A DNA stretch of 64,000 nt from Felis catus (GCF_018350175.1 NC_058369.1:15688001-15752000); one strand, 5' to 3'. Positions 12,207 to 25,534 are shown, counted from the stretch's first letter. Numbers and translations: made by a program. Notes: a model not told the origin generated them from the sequence alone.

Positions 12207-14169
12207 CCTTGTTTATTTCCTTTAGAGCACTCCTCAGGAAATTCAGCTAGCTGCTCAAAGACTCTGCGTCCTCATCTTTAAAAAGGACGCACTCTTTCTT
12301 GTAGAATTGTTATGGGATTCCATGGGATGATGTTTGTAAAGCTCCTGCACAAACTAGGTGCCCAGGACATTTGTTTATTTTCTCTTTCCCTGGAAAAGAG
12401 CCGAGATCACAGGCAAGAGGAAGCCTGAGCCGTTCTCCCCCAAGAACAGGAGAGAAAGCCCCAAGAAAGGCTGAGAGACCTTGGGGCCACAGGAAGAAAG
12501 GTTGTTGGAAAGGGGAGGCCAGACAAACAAACAAAAAGCAGAAAGAAGCCCATAAGTACAGAGAAAGGTGATGGTTGCCGGAAGGAAGGGGGTGGGGGTT
12601 GGACATGATGGGTGAAGGAGAGCTGGGCGGGGGGGGGGGGAGAAAGGGGGAGCCCAAGGCCTGCTAATTCCGTTGAATTTGCGTGATGTTCCTGTATTGT
12701 CATTTATGGGATTTCTCTGTAGTGTTTAGCAATGAAGTCTCTTAACAGAAAAACAGCCAGCACTATTGCTTTGGCACCTGCAGAATGCCAGGAGCCCCCT
12801 ATAGCAACCCTAGGGCATAGATACCAATGTCCTATTTTACAAAAGAGTAAACTGCGGCTCTGAGACAAAGAACACGCTGTGAGTAAGCACAGCGTGGGAC
12901 AGACCCAGATATAACGGAAACGCTGTGACGACAGCGTTCAGCAGCAGGAGCATGGGCCAGGGGCCCCGGCTGGGCTCTTGCCCGAGTTAGCTTTTTTTGC
13001 CCTGACGACAACCCTCCCAGGGGCTGCTAGTCCCACATTTTAGGGATAAGGAAAGTACTTCCCCGGGGCACACGGTCCACGGCCGTTGCCCAGCACTGCT
13101 CTGCTAAGTGTGGACCTTTCACTCTCTTTCTGGGCCATCTGGGGGAAGGTTGGGGGTTGGTTCGAGAAACTAGGTAGGCAGTAGGAGCCTTAGAAAGGAA
13201 CGAGAAATGAGCAAAGTCTTTGAAGGCAGCAGGAAGGAAGAACGGGTCGTCTCAGTGGTAGCGGCAGGACCGAGGAGGAGAAGGGGACCTGTCCCCCAGC
13301 CTCTCCTCGGAGCTCCCTGGTTGGTGGACAGCAGACGTCTCCCTCTCGTGTCGTCTGGCGCACAGGGGAAAAGGCTTCATCAATACACGTCAGAGAGGGA
13401 GACGAGACTAGGGGTCCCAAAGTCCTACAGCATGAGACACGCCGAAGAAACCACTCAACACTACTGAAAAACAAGTTCCGAGTTTAAAAACTGTCAAGCA
13501 AGTTTCTTTTCTGCAGGGCTCCTCCGAACCTTCAAAATGCTGCTTTGCCCGTGTTGCAAACCGTTTCACATTTTGCTGAGCACCTACCCACACTCTGGGC
13601 CGTCGGACTCCGATAGGTTGTTCTGGGACATACTGTTTCGAAATGTGGTTCGCATCAAACACTGGATGACTGTTTCTTAGATGGAACCCTGCAAATAATC
13701 TGAGGCCCAGGATGGCGACTTCATTCGTGGTTCCCCGCCGGAGGCTCAATAAGGGACTGCGTGCTTGACAGGTGTGCTGCTGAGAGGGAAACGGGGGCCC
13801 GGAGGCCTCAGGCCAATGGCCCCCCCCCCAAGAAGCTCTACTTTGGGCTCCGTTGTAGGGACCTGATCTTTTCATGTGGTTGTTTTGATGTGGCCATTTT
13901 GAAACTGAGGACATTTTGACACAGCTATTTTAATGCCCTGGAAATTTTCTGACTTTTAAAAAACACCAGCCATTTTGAACATTCAAAAATGTACCACGTA
14001 TCAGTGCATCACGGGGTCAGGGACGGGGCGAGAGTCGACATCATGGAGAAAACAGGGGACAGGATGAAGCTGTGGGATGGGGGGGTCCCACTTTTATTTA
14101 CATTTCTTATAAGGAAAACAAGTTAAAAGTTTAATGGTCTGATTTTTTTTTAGGGTCACCCAAAAGCCC

Positions 14170-15145
14170 CCAGGTTTATAAAGCCTGTCAGTAATCCAGA
14201 CCGTGTGGTATTGGTGGGAAGAATAAATGAATAGATCCACGGAACACAGTAGAGAGCCCAGTGATGAGACCCCCATAAACACAGTCAAATAGCAAATAAT
14301 CATGGGTCGTCGGCAAAGTGTCATTAAAAACGACGCGGCATTACCACACGGCGACAGGAACGCGTGCTCGTGGCTGACGGGAATGCAAGATGGGTACAGC
14401 CGCTTTGGAAGACAGTTTGGGGGTTTCTTAAAAAGCCAAACGTGTTCTTAACGTCTCCTCCGGCCATCGAGCTCTTTGGTGTTTACCCAGAGGAGCTGGA
14501 GACTGTGCCCACCCAGAACCCAGTGCATGGACGCTTACGACCGCTTTGCTCGTAACTGCCTAAACGTGGAAGGAACCACGATGTCCTTTGGTGTAGGTGA
14601 ACGGGCAAACGAGTTGCGGTCCATCCAGATGGTGGAATATTTTTCAGTGCTAAAAAGAAAGGAGCCGGGAAGCCTTGAAAAGACGGGTGGGGAACTTAAA
14701 TATATTTTACTCAGCGAAAGAAGCCAATCTGCAAAGGCGACACGAGGGAGGCTTCCAACGGTAGGACACTGTGGAAAAGGCACATTAGGGAGACCACGAA
14801 AGGATCAGTGTTTGCCAGGGCTCGTGGGGAGGGAGGGATGAACAGGTGGAGCACAGAGGATTTTTAGGGCAGTGAGACTGTTCTGGACGATACCGTAAAG
14901 GCGCTTACGTATCATCACAGGGTTCATTTGTCCAAACCCATAGAGTGTGCAACACCAGGGGGACCCTAAAGTAAACTACAGATGTAGAATGATCATGATA
15001 TGTCCATGTGGGTTCACTGACTGCAGTAAATGTACCCTCTGGGGCTCCTCTGTGGAAGAGGGGATACGCGGGGACTCTCTGTACCTTCCGTTCGATTTTG
15101 CCGTGAACTTAAAAGTGCTGTAAAAAATAGTCTTTTTATGAAAAA
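14170..15145 (+). mobile_element. L1MC-like 3' end
   Basis: GTGTGGTATTGG ORF2 remnant; GAGCACAGAGGATTTTTAGGGCAGTGA...CATTTGTCCAAACCCATAGA typical of L1MC 3' UTR; A-rich tail. Confidence 0.7.
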
Positions 15146-16221
15146 GAAAAAGCGCCTCCAACACATCTGGCTGTAGAAGTTGTCATCGTTTATTGCACAG
15201 ATCGGCCCTCCCTGCATCTGGGGTGTGGGGAGGGAGGGAGGAGGTGAGGACTCTGAATTCACCCAGATGCCTCCCCGGAGGCGGAAGTCGGTGGAGGGAC
15301 AGTGGTGGCAGGGCCGGGGGGTTCTGGCTCCTGCAGTGGCCCAGCTAAGGGGAAGCTGTGATACCTCTGGCCGGGGGTGCTCAGCCGACGGCCCACACAC
15401 AAACCTGGTCTCGCCGTTTCTCCTGAGGTTTCCCACACAACAGCCTGTGATCTGTTAGAAGTGGAACTTGGGTCGCGTCTTGCCTACATGAATCCCTTCG
15501 GGGACTTTCCATCACCCCGGGCATCAGATCAAAACTACGGCCTCTTGGCCTCCAGTCCCCACAAGATCGGGCCCTTCCTGTTTCTCTGGCTGCAGGCACT
15601 TCCTGCCACCTGTTCCCCCCCGCTGGGAATGGCCAACCCAATCTCCACCTTCATGGGAATGCCCTGGCATCCGGGTCTTAAATGTCGCCTCCTTAGTGAG
15701 CCCTACCTCATCACCCCTCACCATTCCCGCATTTCTGCCATTTTATACCCCACGCCATGTGCGTCGCTGTCTGCTCAAACCCACGTTTCCACTCACGTGC
15801 CCTCTCCATCAGAGGCATCTGAGTGTTTCCAGGGCCTCCCCATGACCTTGCTCCCCCACCCCTGCAACATCCCATCGTTCGCCAGCTCCTGTGGGTCACA
15901 CGTCTCTCCCTCCCTCTCATTCCTTCTGCTGCTGTGTGGTGTGGACCCCACACCTTCTCCCCCCCACTCCCTCTCTCCCTTCCTTCATCTCTCTCTCTGT
16001 GTCTCTCTCTCCAAACATGAGCAATTTAAAGAATCTACAGGTGTCCTGCAAAACCAATGGTGCGAAAGCCTGTGCTGGGTTTAAGGCTGCTGGGCAGAAG
16101 GGACTCCCCTTCAAGCCCCTCTGTGCTCTAGGAGAGGAGAGTGGTCTGCCCTGGGCCGGCTGCCCCCGTCTCGTATCAGACTGAGCCATCCCAAGGTACA
16201 GATATTAGCTGCAGCGTCGAC

Positions 16222-16455
16222 CTGTCCTGTCCTGGCCACTATGGTGGCCACTAGCCCTGTGGAGTTATTTGAATTTAAATTTAAACCCACGGCAATAAAG
16301 TAAATACAGTGCAATACAACATATCAGTTTCTTAAGCACGCTGACTGCCGTTTAGACCCGCATCAGCCACCTGTGGCTGGCGGCTGCCCACTGAACGGTA
16401 GAGATCTAGAACGTTCCCGCCACCGTGGAAAAGCGCGATCATTGGATGCCACTGT
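16222..16455. mobile_element. MER3/MER33-like hAT relic
   Basis: TATGGTGGCCACTAGCC...AGCCACCTGTGGCTGGCGGCT...TAGAACGTTCC. Confidence 0.55.
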
Positions 16456-17866
16456 TCGACACCCCCAGCACTTCCGTGAGGTTTGTCTTTTCCATTAATG
16501 TAGTCAAAAGATGATTAGTAAGCCCCTAGATGCACCACAGGCAAGACGCCACGGGCCCCGTCCTCACGGAGTTAGCAAAGAGAAATGCCCGCCGTGAAAG
16601 GGAGTTGGCAACCTCAGAAGCACCCAGCTCTGAATTCTAGCTGCACGTGGCGAAACAGGGAGAGGGAACAGAAAAGCCAGGGGTGCTCCCTGCAAGGAAT
16701 ACACCCACGCTGGGTGGCGGCCAAAAGAATCACGTTGGTCTTGGCTCCTTTGAGAAGTCGGCTGTCTCTTCTCCTTCTTCACGCCTCCCTGCCTTCCCAG
16801 CCTCGGGCCTCCTCTCGGCCGCGCCTTGGTGCTGCCCGAGCCTCCCCACCTCACCTGGACCACGAGGGTCCACACAGAGGAGGACGTCTCCCCACGACAG
16901 CACATTTAGCCCTCTCTTCTTCCCTGAACCCCCTCCCCGACTTCCCTTTCGCCAGCCTCACCCCGCCCATCTGCCTGGTGGCCGGCCGTGTCTACCTGGG
17001 ATGCCCTCACCTGGCGAAGAGACAGCTTGAGTCGGGAGGACGTGGAAACACGGCATCTTCTTCGCCCCGGGGGGCTCTTGCAGCTATAGCAGCGTCTCAG
17101 CCTCCTGGGACTCCCCCAGGCCCCGGTCCCACCCTGGGGACAAGCAAGTGCCCTGCTCCGTCTGCCCGAAAGACAGCCAAAGATCAGCTCAGGGAGCATT
17201 TTCCCCTCTCCATTGCCCCTTCCTTTTCCATCAACAATTGCCAATGTAGAAGTGAGAGAGCCAGAGCCCTTGGCTGGTCTACCCTTTTAGGCATGACGTT
17301 CAACGAATATGGGCCAAGAGCAGGGAACTCACGGTTCCCTCGAGGCTGCTGAATCAACCATTGCTTTCGTTCTTACAGCTCATGGTCTGTAACTTTCGGA
17401 TGTGTTGTTCGTTGGCCTTTCCCATTTAGATAATCAGTCCAGATGCATCGAATGCGTCACTTTATTCTGCACGAATGGACGGTGATTGAGGGGCCACGCG
17501 TCTGGGGAGACCCACTCTGCCAGAGGGCACCGGTGGGTCCGCAGGACGACAAAAGTACCGCAAAGAGGAAATCGGTCTTCACTCGTGATTGTACCCCACA
17601 ACAAAAATGAGAGAGAGGCCTCTGTTGCAATAACGACAAGGAACGGACTGGGGTCTTTTCTCTGTTAAAGACAGTAGAAGTTACGGGCTGTGGCTTCTAG
17701 GCCATGATCATCCCCTAAACACCCTTCAACTACCAGGCACAGCACCTGACCCTGGGGCCCAGAAGGGGGTGTGATCGTGTTGTGACAGAGGGCCCTACCA
17801 TAGCGGTGGGCCGGAAAACTTCACCTGTGAGCTTCATTAAGAATATAACTTCATGTGTGCTTAGGC

Positions 17867-18094
17867 TTTTTTTTTTAATGCTTTTTTTAATGTTTTTATT
17901 TTATTTTTGAGAGAGAGAGAGACAAGGTGCAAGTGGGGGAGGGGCAGAGCGAGAGGGAGACATGGAATCCGAAGCAGGCTCCGGGCTCTGAGCCATCAGC
18001 ACGGAGCCTGACGCGGGGCTCGAACTCACGGACCGTGAGATCATGACTTGAGCTGCAGTCGGACGCTCAACCGACCGAGCCACCCGGCTGCCCC
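17867..18094 (-). mobile_element. Can-SINE
   Basis: TSD TGTGTGCTTAG. Confidence 0.9.
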
Positions 18095-18130
18095 TGTGTG
18101 TGCTTAGCTTTTTAAAAAAAATGTCATCGA

Positions 18131-18346
18131 GGGGCGCCTGGGTGGCGCAGTCGGTTAAGCGTCCGACTTCAACCAGGTCACGATCTCGCGGTCCGTGAGT
18201 TCGAGCCCCACGTCAGGCTCTGGGCTGATGGCTCAGAGCCTGGAGCCTGTTTCCGATTCTGTGTCTCCCTCTCTCTCTGCCCCTCCCCCATTCATGCTCT
18301 ATCTCTCTCTGTCCCAAAAATAAATAAACGTTGAAAAAAAAATTAA
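18131..18346 (+). mobile_element. Young SINEC_Fc-type SINE
   Basis: Perfect TSD AAAAAAAATGTCATCGA. Confidence 0.92.
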
Positions 18347-18564
18347 AAAAAAAATGTCATCGAAACACCCAACCTTAATCAGATGAAACGTGTTGTCAGG
18401 GTCTACGTACCTGATGTATGGTAGTTTCGTGAAAATAAAATCTTACCGTATCCGACCCCAGTTTTAAGGTGTTTGTGACCCTCCAGCATTCCCCGTGTTC
18501 CTGGGTGTGTATCACATCCATGATTTTCTAAAGGAGTGCCACCATTCAATAGGATTTTTAGACA

Positions 18565-18720
18565 TCTGTGCTGCCTGCCATGGAAGCCACCAGCTACGGG
18601 TGGCTATCCAGATCTTATAATGTGGTTGGTGCGACTACGGGACTAGTTTCATTTCAATTAGTTTGAACTGAAAAAGGCACACGTGGCCAGTAGCTACTGC
18701 ATCGGCTGGCCCAGCTCTGT
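18565..18720. mobile_element. MER3/MER33-like hAT relic near CCR9 promoter
   Basis: AGCCACCAGCTACGGGTGGCTA...CACGTGGCCAGTAGCTACTG. Confidence 0.45.
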
Positions 18721-18799
18721 GGGTTGAGGTCCACCCGTCAAGGCCAAAAGGGGGTTATGTGGTAATAGATGGAGCTGGGGGTGACGGTCCCACATCGGC

Positions 18800-19120
18800 C
18801 TGTCCAGGCAACACCGCCCGAGGAAACCTTGCACACCCACACCGGTAGCCTGGCAAGGCTTGTTTTTCCACACCCCCTCCTTTCCCCTTTTCCCTGGAGT
18901 GGCTGTGCTGTCTAGGAAAAGACCTTTTTGTAGCCCATCGGTCTGCGTGTGCGTCTTCAGAGAAGATGGTTTCCCTTAGCCCAGCACGTCTTGGCTTTTC
19001 ACTTCTGGTTGCAAATCATCGATTCTGCTGAGGTTGCAGCTGGTGACTCCCTGCTCCCCACCCTCCCAGGCCACCCCACCAGTGACAACGCAGGTAGGGG
19101 TGGCCTGACTTCCTCTCTGG
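18800..19120 (+). promoter_or_regulatory. CCR9: CCR9 proximal promoter, no obvious TATA box
   Basis: Directly upstream of exon 1; NFAT-like TTTTCCA 18864-18870 and AGGAAAA 18914-18920, E-box CAGCTG 19037-19042, ETS/PU.1-like ACTTCCTCT 19108-19116. Confidence 0.55.
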
Positions 19121-19258
19121 TGTTTTTACCGATATTGCCTGCACAACGCTCGTAGAAGCCTTGCCCCTCATCCCGGGCAGAGAGCAGGCCAGCCCTTGCC
19201 CCCCGACGGAGCTGGTGGGGCCCACCTTCTCCCGGAGCATCTCCCGCTGCCCTCCACA
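19108..19258 (+). other. CCR9: CCR9 non-coding exon 1 (5' UTR); TSS approximate
   Basis: CTTCCTCTCTGGTG...GCCCCTCATCCCGGGCAGAGAGCA...GAGCTGGTGG...GCCCTCCACA resembles the human CCR9 5' UTR as I recall it; ends at donor CACA|GTGAGTAT (GT 19259-19260). Confidence 0.75.
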
Positions 19259-20684
19259 GTGAGTATCACCCTTCTCGGTGTCTCCTGTGCCCCCCACTCT
19301 TGTGTTTCCTCGATGGCTTCTAAAACCCAGGCTCTCACTCATTTGTTCAGGGGTCGTGAGCCCCAGGCACTTTGCTAGAAGCTTCCAGGAAGGCAAAGGC
19401 GAGTCCGGTAGCGGCCTGCCCAGGTTTCCAGGGATGAGTCAGAAGACTCCCTCCCACCCACACGTGTGAAGTAAAGGTTCGAGGCAGTGAGTTCTGTGAT
19501 TTGTGACTTACAGGAGGGAGAAGCAGGTGCTCGGGACAGGTGACAAGAAGGGGGTCAGGACTGGGAAAGCGAAGCCCCCAGGAGGTCCTCGGGTCCGAGA
19601 GGCAGCCCCGCGGGACGGATGTTCGGGGCAGCCTTCTCCGTAGCAGGGAAAAACCGGAAACAAGCAAACTCCGCTCTAAGCGGTGACTGGTTAAGTGAAG
19701 GGTGGCATCGCCAGACAACAGAACACCCCACAGCCATCCAGTCCGATGACAGCCCCGCGGTCACTGGCGTGAAACGTGGACCAGAAAGAGGGGTAACGAG
19801 AACACAAGATAGAAAATGGGTCGTGTGGTCCGATTCCCTTCCCACTAAGGGTGCATGTGTGGGAAAAAGTGCAAAGAAAGCGAACAGAGGCTGACCCAAG
19901 CAAGGGGTGTTTGAGCGGTGTTTATTTTCTTCCCCGTATACATTTGCTTTGGGTTTGTTTGTTTGTTTGTTTGTTTTTTTTGGTTTTTCTGGTACATTAC
20001 GAAACGTGCAAAATCTCCTTTATAATCGGAAGAAAAGCAAAGCTGCTTTGTTTTCAGTGACCCATCCGTGACTACGGCTGTGTCCTTCCAAACACCCCAA
20101 CCCTCTCCAGTTCTCTGTTGGCTCTTGCTCTGCACCTGCCGTAGCTGCCGGGCCGGAAGGGCCACTGAGGAGCCCAGAGCTGGAAACGCGGGGCCACCAC
20201 CAGCCCCCCAGGGCCCGTCTCCTCCTCCCCCTGCTGAACAGGCCCAAGTCCATCTGCCGTTTCAGCCCCTGGAGCTCGACGCCTCTTTTCTCCATATCCG
20301 TCTATCTGCTCTGAAGGCTTCCTCCACACCACCCCCCCCCCGCCCCCTCCCACCCCTCCCGGCCAAGTTCAAGGACTCCCCACTCACAGGCTGCTTGGTG
20401 CAGCATCTACTGGGGGGCAGGGAGACGGGTGCCCGACCCAGGCTTGGCGAGCAGCAGGTCCGAGAGACGGCTCAGAGACCCCACTTTCGTGCGGGGGGTG
20501 GGGGGCGGGGTGGGGTGGCGGGCAGAGCTACCAACAAATAGATGATTCAATCTCAGTGTAGCGAGTCGGACAAACGTGGAAGTGAGACCTGAGTTCCTGA
20601 CTCCCGTCGGTATCTGTATCCAATTCACTGGCTACAGGGAGCAGGGACGGGGAAAATGCTGCAGCCGCAGACGCTCCGCGATGG

Positions 20685-20737
20685 TTTTGTTTTATTTATT
20701 TATTCACTTACGGAGAGCGAGCCAGCAGGGGAGGGGC

Positions 20738-20770
<33 letters not shown>

Positions 20771-20905
20771 CAGAGGATCCCAAGCGGGCTCTGCGCTGAC
20801 AGGCTGACAGCAGTGAGCCCGATGCGGGGCTCAAACTCACGAACTGTGAGATCATGACCCGAACCAGAGTCGGAGGCTCAACCCACGGAGCCAAAGAGGT
20901 GCCCC
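20685..20905 (-). mobile_element. Can-SINE
   Basis: Antisense, (GA)n. Confidence 0.85.
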
Positions 20906-21965
20906 TCCGTGATGATCTTCGTGGTGATTAAGGACGGCAGGGAGCAAAAACGCATGGCCGGGGGCAGTAATGGATGTCAGCCTAACTTTTCTCATAGGTC
21001 TTTTTTTTTTTTAAATGAATTAGCAGCCCTCCCCCCCCCCCCCCACCCCCACCAAGGTTCCTGTACACACTTCCTGTTTTCTGGCCTTCATGCCTTTGTT
21101 GATATGTTTCCCTGTCCTCGAGCAGGGTTCCCTCCCCTCATTGCATGTCTCCATGCTCTCCAGCCTTCAAGGGGGGGTCAGCAAAAATGTCACCTCCTCA
21201 GGGAAGCCCTCCCGAGTTGCACTGGCGTCATGACTTCGGCCTCCTAATTCCCAAAGCGACTCGTAGCATTTAGCCTTGCTGGTACTCGGCAGCGATGAGG
21301 AGCTCATTACCCTTGAACGTGAGCCTCTGGACGACTTGGATCATGTCTCATACAGAGTTCAAGCCAAGCAGGTGTTTCGGGTGTCAAGACACATTGCAGG
21401 GGTGAGCCGGGCGGGGGGGGGGGGGGATGAAGCATGTTCCCTCTCCTTCCCACAGAGCTCTCTGCATTCCGCAAAGAGCATTGCACTTGACCTTGGCCAC
21501 GGGGCCCTGCAGGAGGCTGGGCTCTCACCTCCATCTTACAGCTGAGGAAACTAGGCATGTCACTTCTCGCCAAGGTGTCCCAGGCCCAAAGGGCTGGACC
21601 AAGGGACAGACGGGGGCTTTCAAACGGGGGTCCATCGTGCTCCCCCCACCTCAGCCCATTCTGCTACAGCACAGGGGCAGGTTTCGCAGATCCCAGCGGT
21701 TGCAGAACCGTAATGGGGCCACCAGGAGCACCACCAGGGAGAGACTGGGGCCGCATTGAGCCAGACGCGAGAGAGCACTCCCAGCAGACCGGAGAGGGGC
21801 CTGCTTTCGGTACGCTTTGTTGTGTGTGGGTGTTTGCCTCCTTCTCAGGGCCGAAGAGAAAATGAAAGTGAGCTTGGAGACTTCGCAACTGGTGCAATGA
21901 AATCTTTGGAAAGTGTTCTGGTGGAGGAGAGAGGGGATACGTGGAGAGCCGTCAGCAGCGTCTTT

Positions 21966-22190
21966 CTTTTAAAAAAAAATTTTTTTTAACATCCATTTAT
22001 TCTTGAGAGAGAGAGAGAGAGAGTACAAGCCGGGGGGGGGCACAGAGAGAGGGAGACACAGAATCTGAGGCAGGCTCCAGGCTCCGAGCTGTCAGCGCAG
22101 AGCCCGACGCGGGGTTTGAACCCACGAACTACGAGATCATGACCTGAGCTGAAGTCGGACGCTTGACCGACTGAGCCACCCAGGGGCCCC
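21966..22190 (-). mobile_element. Can-SINE
   Basis: Antisense head/tail. Confidence 0.88.
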
Positions 22191-22741
22191 TATTAGCAGT
22201 GTCTCCGTGAGCCAGAAACACATTTATCATAGCAGAAAAAGAAACCTTCACGGAAAGCTGATGGAGGCTCTCAAAGTTGCAAACCGAAGCTGCCGAGCAT
22301 TTGATTACTAAGTCCTGACTGCCTTCCAGTCCCTTCACTGGGGCAGCTGGGGGTACCTCCTGGGGATGAGATCTGCAAACAGGTGTACGGAAGGGAAGAG
22401 AACTGGGGCTTCTTAAAAAAAAAAAAAAAAGGTTGACAAGTTATTTTTATGATAGTTCTTAAAATAAAATTTCATGCACAAAGGAACATATTTAAATAGT
22501 TTACATAACCTAAAGGGAAAAAAACGAAAGTCTCACTTTCCACGGGTCATAATTGTTCAAGCTCCTTGCAAAAAATGTTTCAGTACTGATGAGCAGTGAA
22601 GTGTGTAACTTTTACATTTTTTTTTTTCTTAAAGACGGTGCAACACAGTCTTCTACCTTGCCTTTCTACTTAATACTCTTGGTGACCTCCTTGTATCAGC
22701 GTGAGGTCTATTTTATTCCATTGATGGGTGACTTCTGTAGG

Positions 22742-22956
22742 TTTTTTTTTTTTTAATGTTCACTTATTTAGTTTGAGAGAGAGTGAGTGAGTAGGGGAGA
22801 AGCAGAGAGAGAGGGAGAGAGAGAAAATCCCAAGGAGGCTCCGCACTGTCAGCACAGAGCTCGAGGTGGGGCTCGAACTCACGAGCCGAGAGATCATGAC
22901 CTGAGCTGAGATCGAGAGTCCGACGTGTAACTGACCGAGCCCCCCGGGCGCCCCCG
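22742..22956 (-). mobile_element. Can-SINE
   Basis: Antisense head/tail. Confidence 0.85.
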
Positions 22957-23543
22957 GGCTCCTTGTGTTTTATTGAAAGCTGTATCAGAATATTGCCAAT
23001 TGTTGGGTATTTAGGTTGTTTCCGGGTTTTTTTGTTCTGCAAAAAAATTGCCACATACATCTCCATATACGTATCTTTATTTAGGCTCTTTTGTGAAAAC
23101 AGCAATAGAACACGTTCCCAGCAGATGAAGTGCTGAGTCAGGGCTGTTGTGCTTTGTAAATTTGACAGATGTAGCTTAATACTCCGAGAAGGTTGCACAG
23201 GGCAAGAGGGCAGGAGAGGTGCAAATATCAACCATCCTGTCCCCAGCATTGGGGAAACCCAAGAGGGCTTCATTAAGGAGGTGACTTTTTTTTTTTTTTT
23301 TTTTTTTTTTTGCTGGCCCTTGAAGGCTGGAGAGCACGGGGACACGCAATTTATACTCCCCACAGCAATGTGGAGGTCTCTTCCCCAAACCCTTACCAAT
23401 ATCATCATCATCAGTCTTTATTTTCAACCTAAAACTAACTAGCTATAACGAACCATAACCAAAGCCACTCTTTCTTCTTTATGTGGCTTCTTTCCTTGGG
23501 AGCTTGTTTTCGTTGATGTTATCCGGCGAATATTCAAGTCTTT

Positions 23544-23762
23544 ATTTAAATTTCTTTTTTAACGTTTATTCATTTTTGAGAGACCGAGAGACAGAGTATG
23601 AGCAGGAGAGGGGCGGAGAAGGAGGGAGACACAGAATCTGAAGCAGGTTCCAGGCTCTGAGCTGTCAGCACAGAGCCCGGACGCAGGGCTCAAACCCATG
23701 AACAGTGAGATCATGACCTGAGCCGAAGTTGGGTGCTCAACCGACTGAGCCCCCCAGGCTCC
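23544..23762 (-). mobile_element. Can-SINE
   Basis: TSD CGAATATTCAAGTCTTT. Confidence 0.9.
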
Positions 23763-24094
23763 CGAATATTCAAGTCTTTTTATGCAGTTACTAGAAATAT
23801 ATGTGTTTTTTTCTGGCTAATTAATGTCTCGAAAACCAATCTCTCTGTTCCCCAAGCTGTAATAAAATTAAATGAGCTGAGTGAGGAAGATCCAAATTTA
23901 ACTGGGTATTTCAAAAAATGATTTATTGGTTCAGAGCACGATTCAGGGAGGAAAAAAAAGAGGATGGTAAAGTCAGTGGGATCGTATGTAATTTGGGGAG
24001 TGGCCCTCTGAGAGGAGGTAAACACCCTTTCCTCATCAAACATCCACCCGCTAATTTCAGCAGCCATTGGCGAGTTTCTAATCCCAGGATTCCT

Positions 24095-24885
24095 TTATAC
24101 GTGTATTAGTTGGCACTGTGAGAGGAGGTTTTTCACCTCTTTGTTCATGTTTTCATTTATTTTCGTTAGTACAGACTCCTGGATCCTCACGTAGTTGGAC
24201 GTGCTACGAGGATGGCCATCGTGATTTAATTTGGTGCCCAAGTTGCCTCTGATTTGGCCGGCGGGAGCCCCAGCGAGTTGGCAGCTGTGTCCTTTTGACG
24301 GGTCCTCCTGGTCCTTGGAACACCTGCTTGCTTCCTGATGCAAAACATCAGTTCTGGGTGCATCTTGCAATTGCCCTAGCTGTGGAATCAGACATTTCTC
24401 CAGAGTCCTGCTTCCTTTCGGTGGAAGAAGGTATTTAGAGACCAAGATCAGGGCACTAGGTGCTTGACTGCTGGGTCATTGTTTTGGGGCCCTCGGGGGA
24501 CAGTGCCAGGAAATGTGTGTGAAACACAAATACATGTGCGTATACACATAAATTATCTGTCTCTATCATCTATCATCTATCAGTCTATTTATTTATCTCT
24601 ATTATCTATCTATCCACCTATTATCTATCAATCTATCATCTATCTATCTGTCATCTATCAATCTATCAATCAATCAATGTATCTGTCTATAATATGTCTA
24701 TTATCTATCTGTATATCTATCTCATCTATCATCTATCTATCTATCATCTGTCAATCTATCAGTCTATCTATTTATCTATCTCTAATCTGTCTATTATCTA
24801 TCTCTCCACCTATTATCTATCTATTTATCTATCATCTATGTATCTGTCATCTATAAATCTATCAATCTATCTGTCTACAATCTAT

Positions 24886-24917
<32 letters not shown>

Positions 24918-25041
24918 CATCTATCATCTATCTATCAATCATCTATCTGTCTATTATCTATTTATCATCTATGTGTCTATCATCTATCAATCTATCAGTC
25001 TATTTATTTATCTATCTCTAATCTATTATCTATCTATCCAC

Positions 25042-25085
<44 letters not shown>

Positions 25086-25400
25086 ATCTATCTATGTATC
25101 TGCCATCTATCAATCTATCAATCAACCAATCTATGTATCTGTCTATAATATGTCTATTATCTATCTATTATCTATCTATCTCATCTATCATCTATCAATC
25201 ATTTATCTGTCTATTATCTATCTATCTATCTATCTCATCTATCATCTATCAATCATTTATCTGTCAATTATCTATCTATCTATCTATCATCTATGTGTCT
25301 ATCATCTATCTATCTGTCTATCTCTCTAATCTAAGCTTGAAAACCCAAGTTCACCTTGAGCCCTCAGTTCCGTGAGAATGGCACAAGGCACTCCAAGGCA
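24095..25400 (-). mobile_element. L1MC-like 3' UTR fragment hosting the TATC array
   Basis: TGGAATCAGACATTTCTCC...GGTATTTAGAGACCAAGATC resembles antisense L1MC3/4 3' UTR; similarity appears to resume after the array. Confidence 0.55.
24553..25330. repeat. Degenerate (TATC/GATA)n array, ~780 bp
   Basis: Directly visible. Confidence 0.97.
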
Positions 25401-25534
25401 TTTTCAAGAAGCAGGAAGGTTTCAAGGAAGAACTTCTGGCTGCCTTCCTCCCCACCTGCTAAAGGCCAGATAGGACTCTGAGGAGGGAAGTAACCCAGAA
25501 AATTTCCATTAGCTCTCACTCGCTTTCTTTTCTT

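Noticed and set aside
24464..25375. I/Y/L/S-rich ORFs of up to 211 aa
   Set aside because: Translation artefacts of the TATC array.
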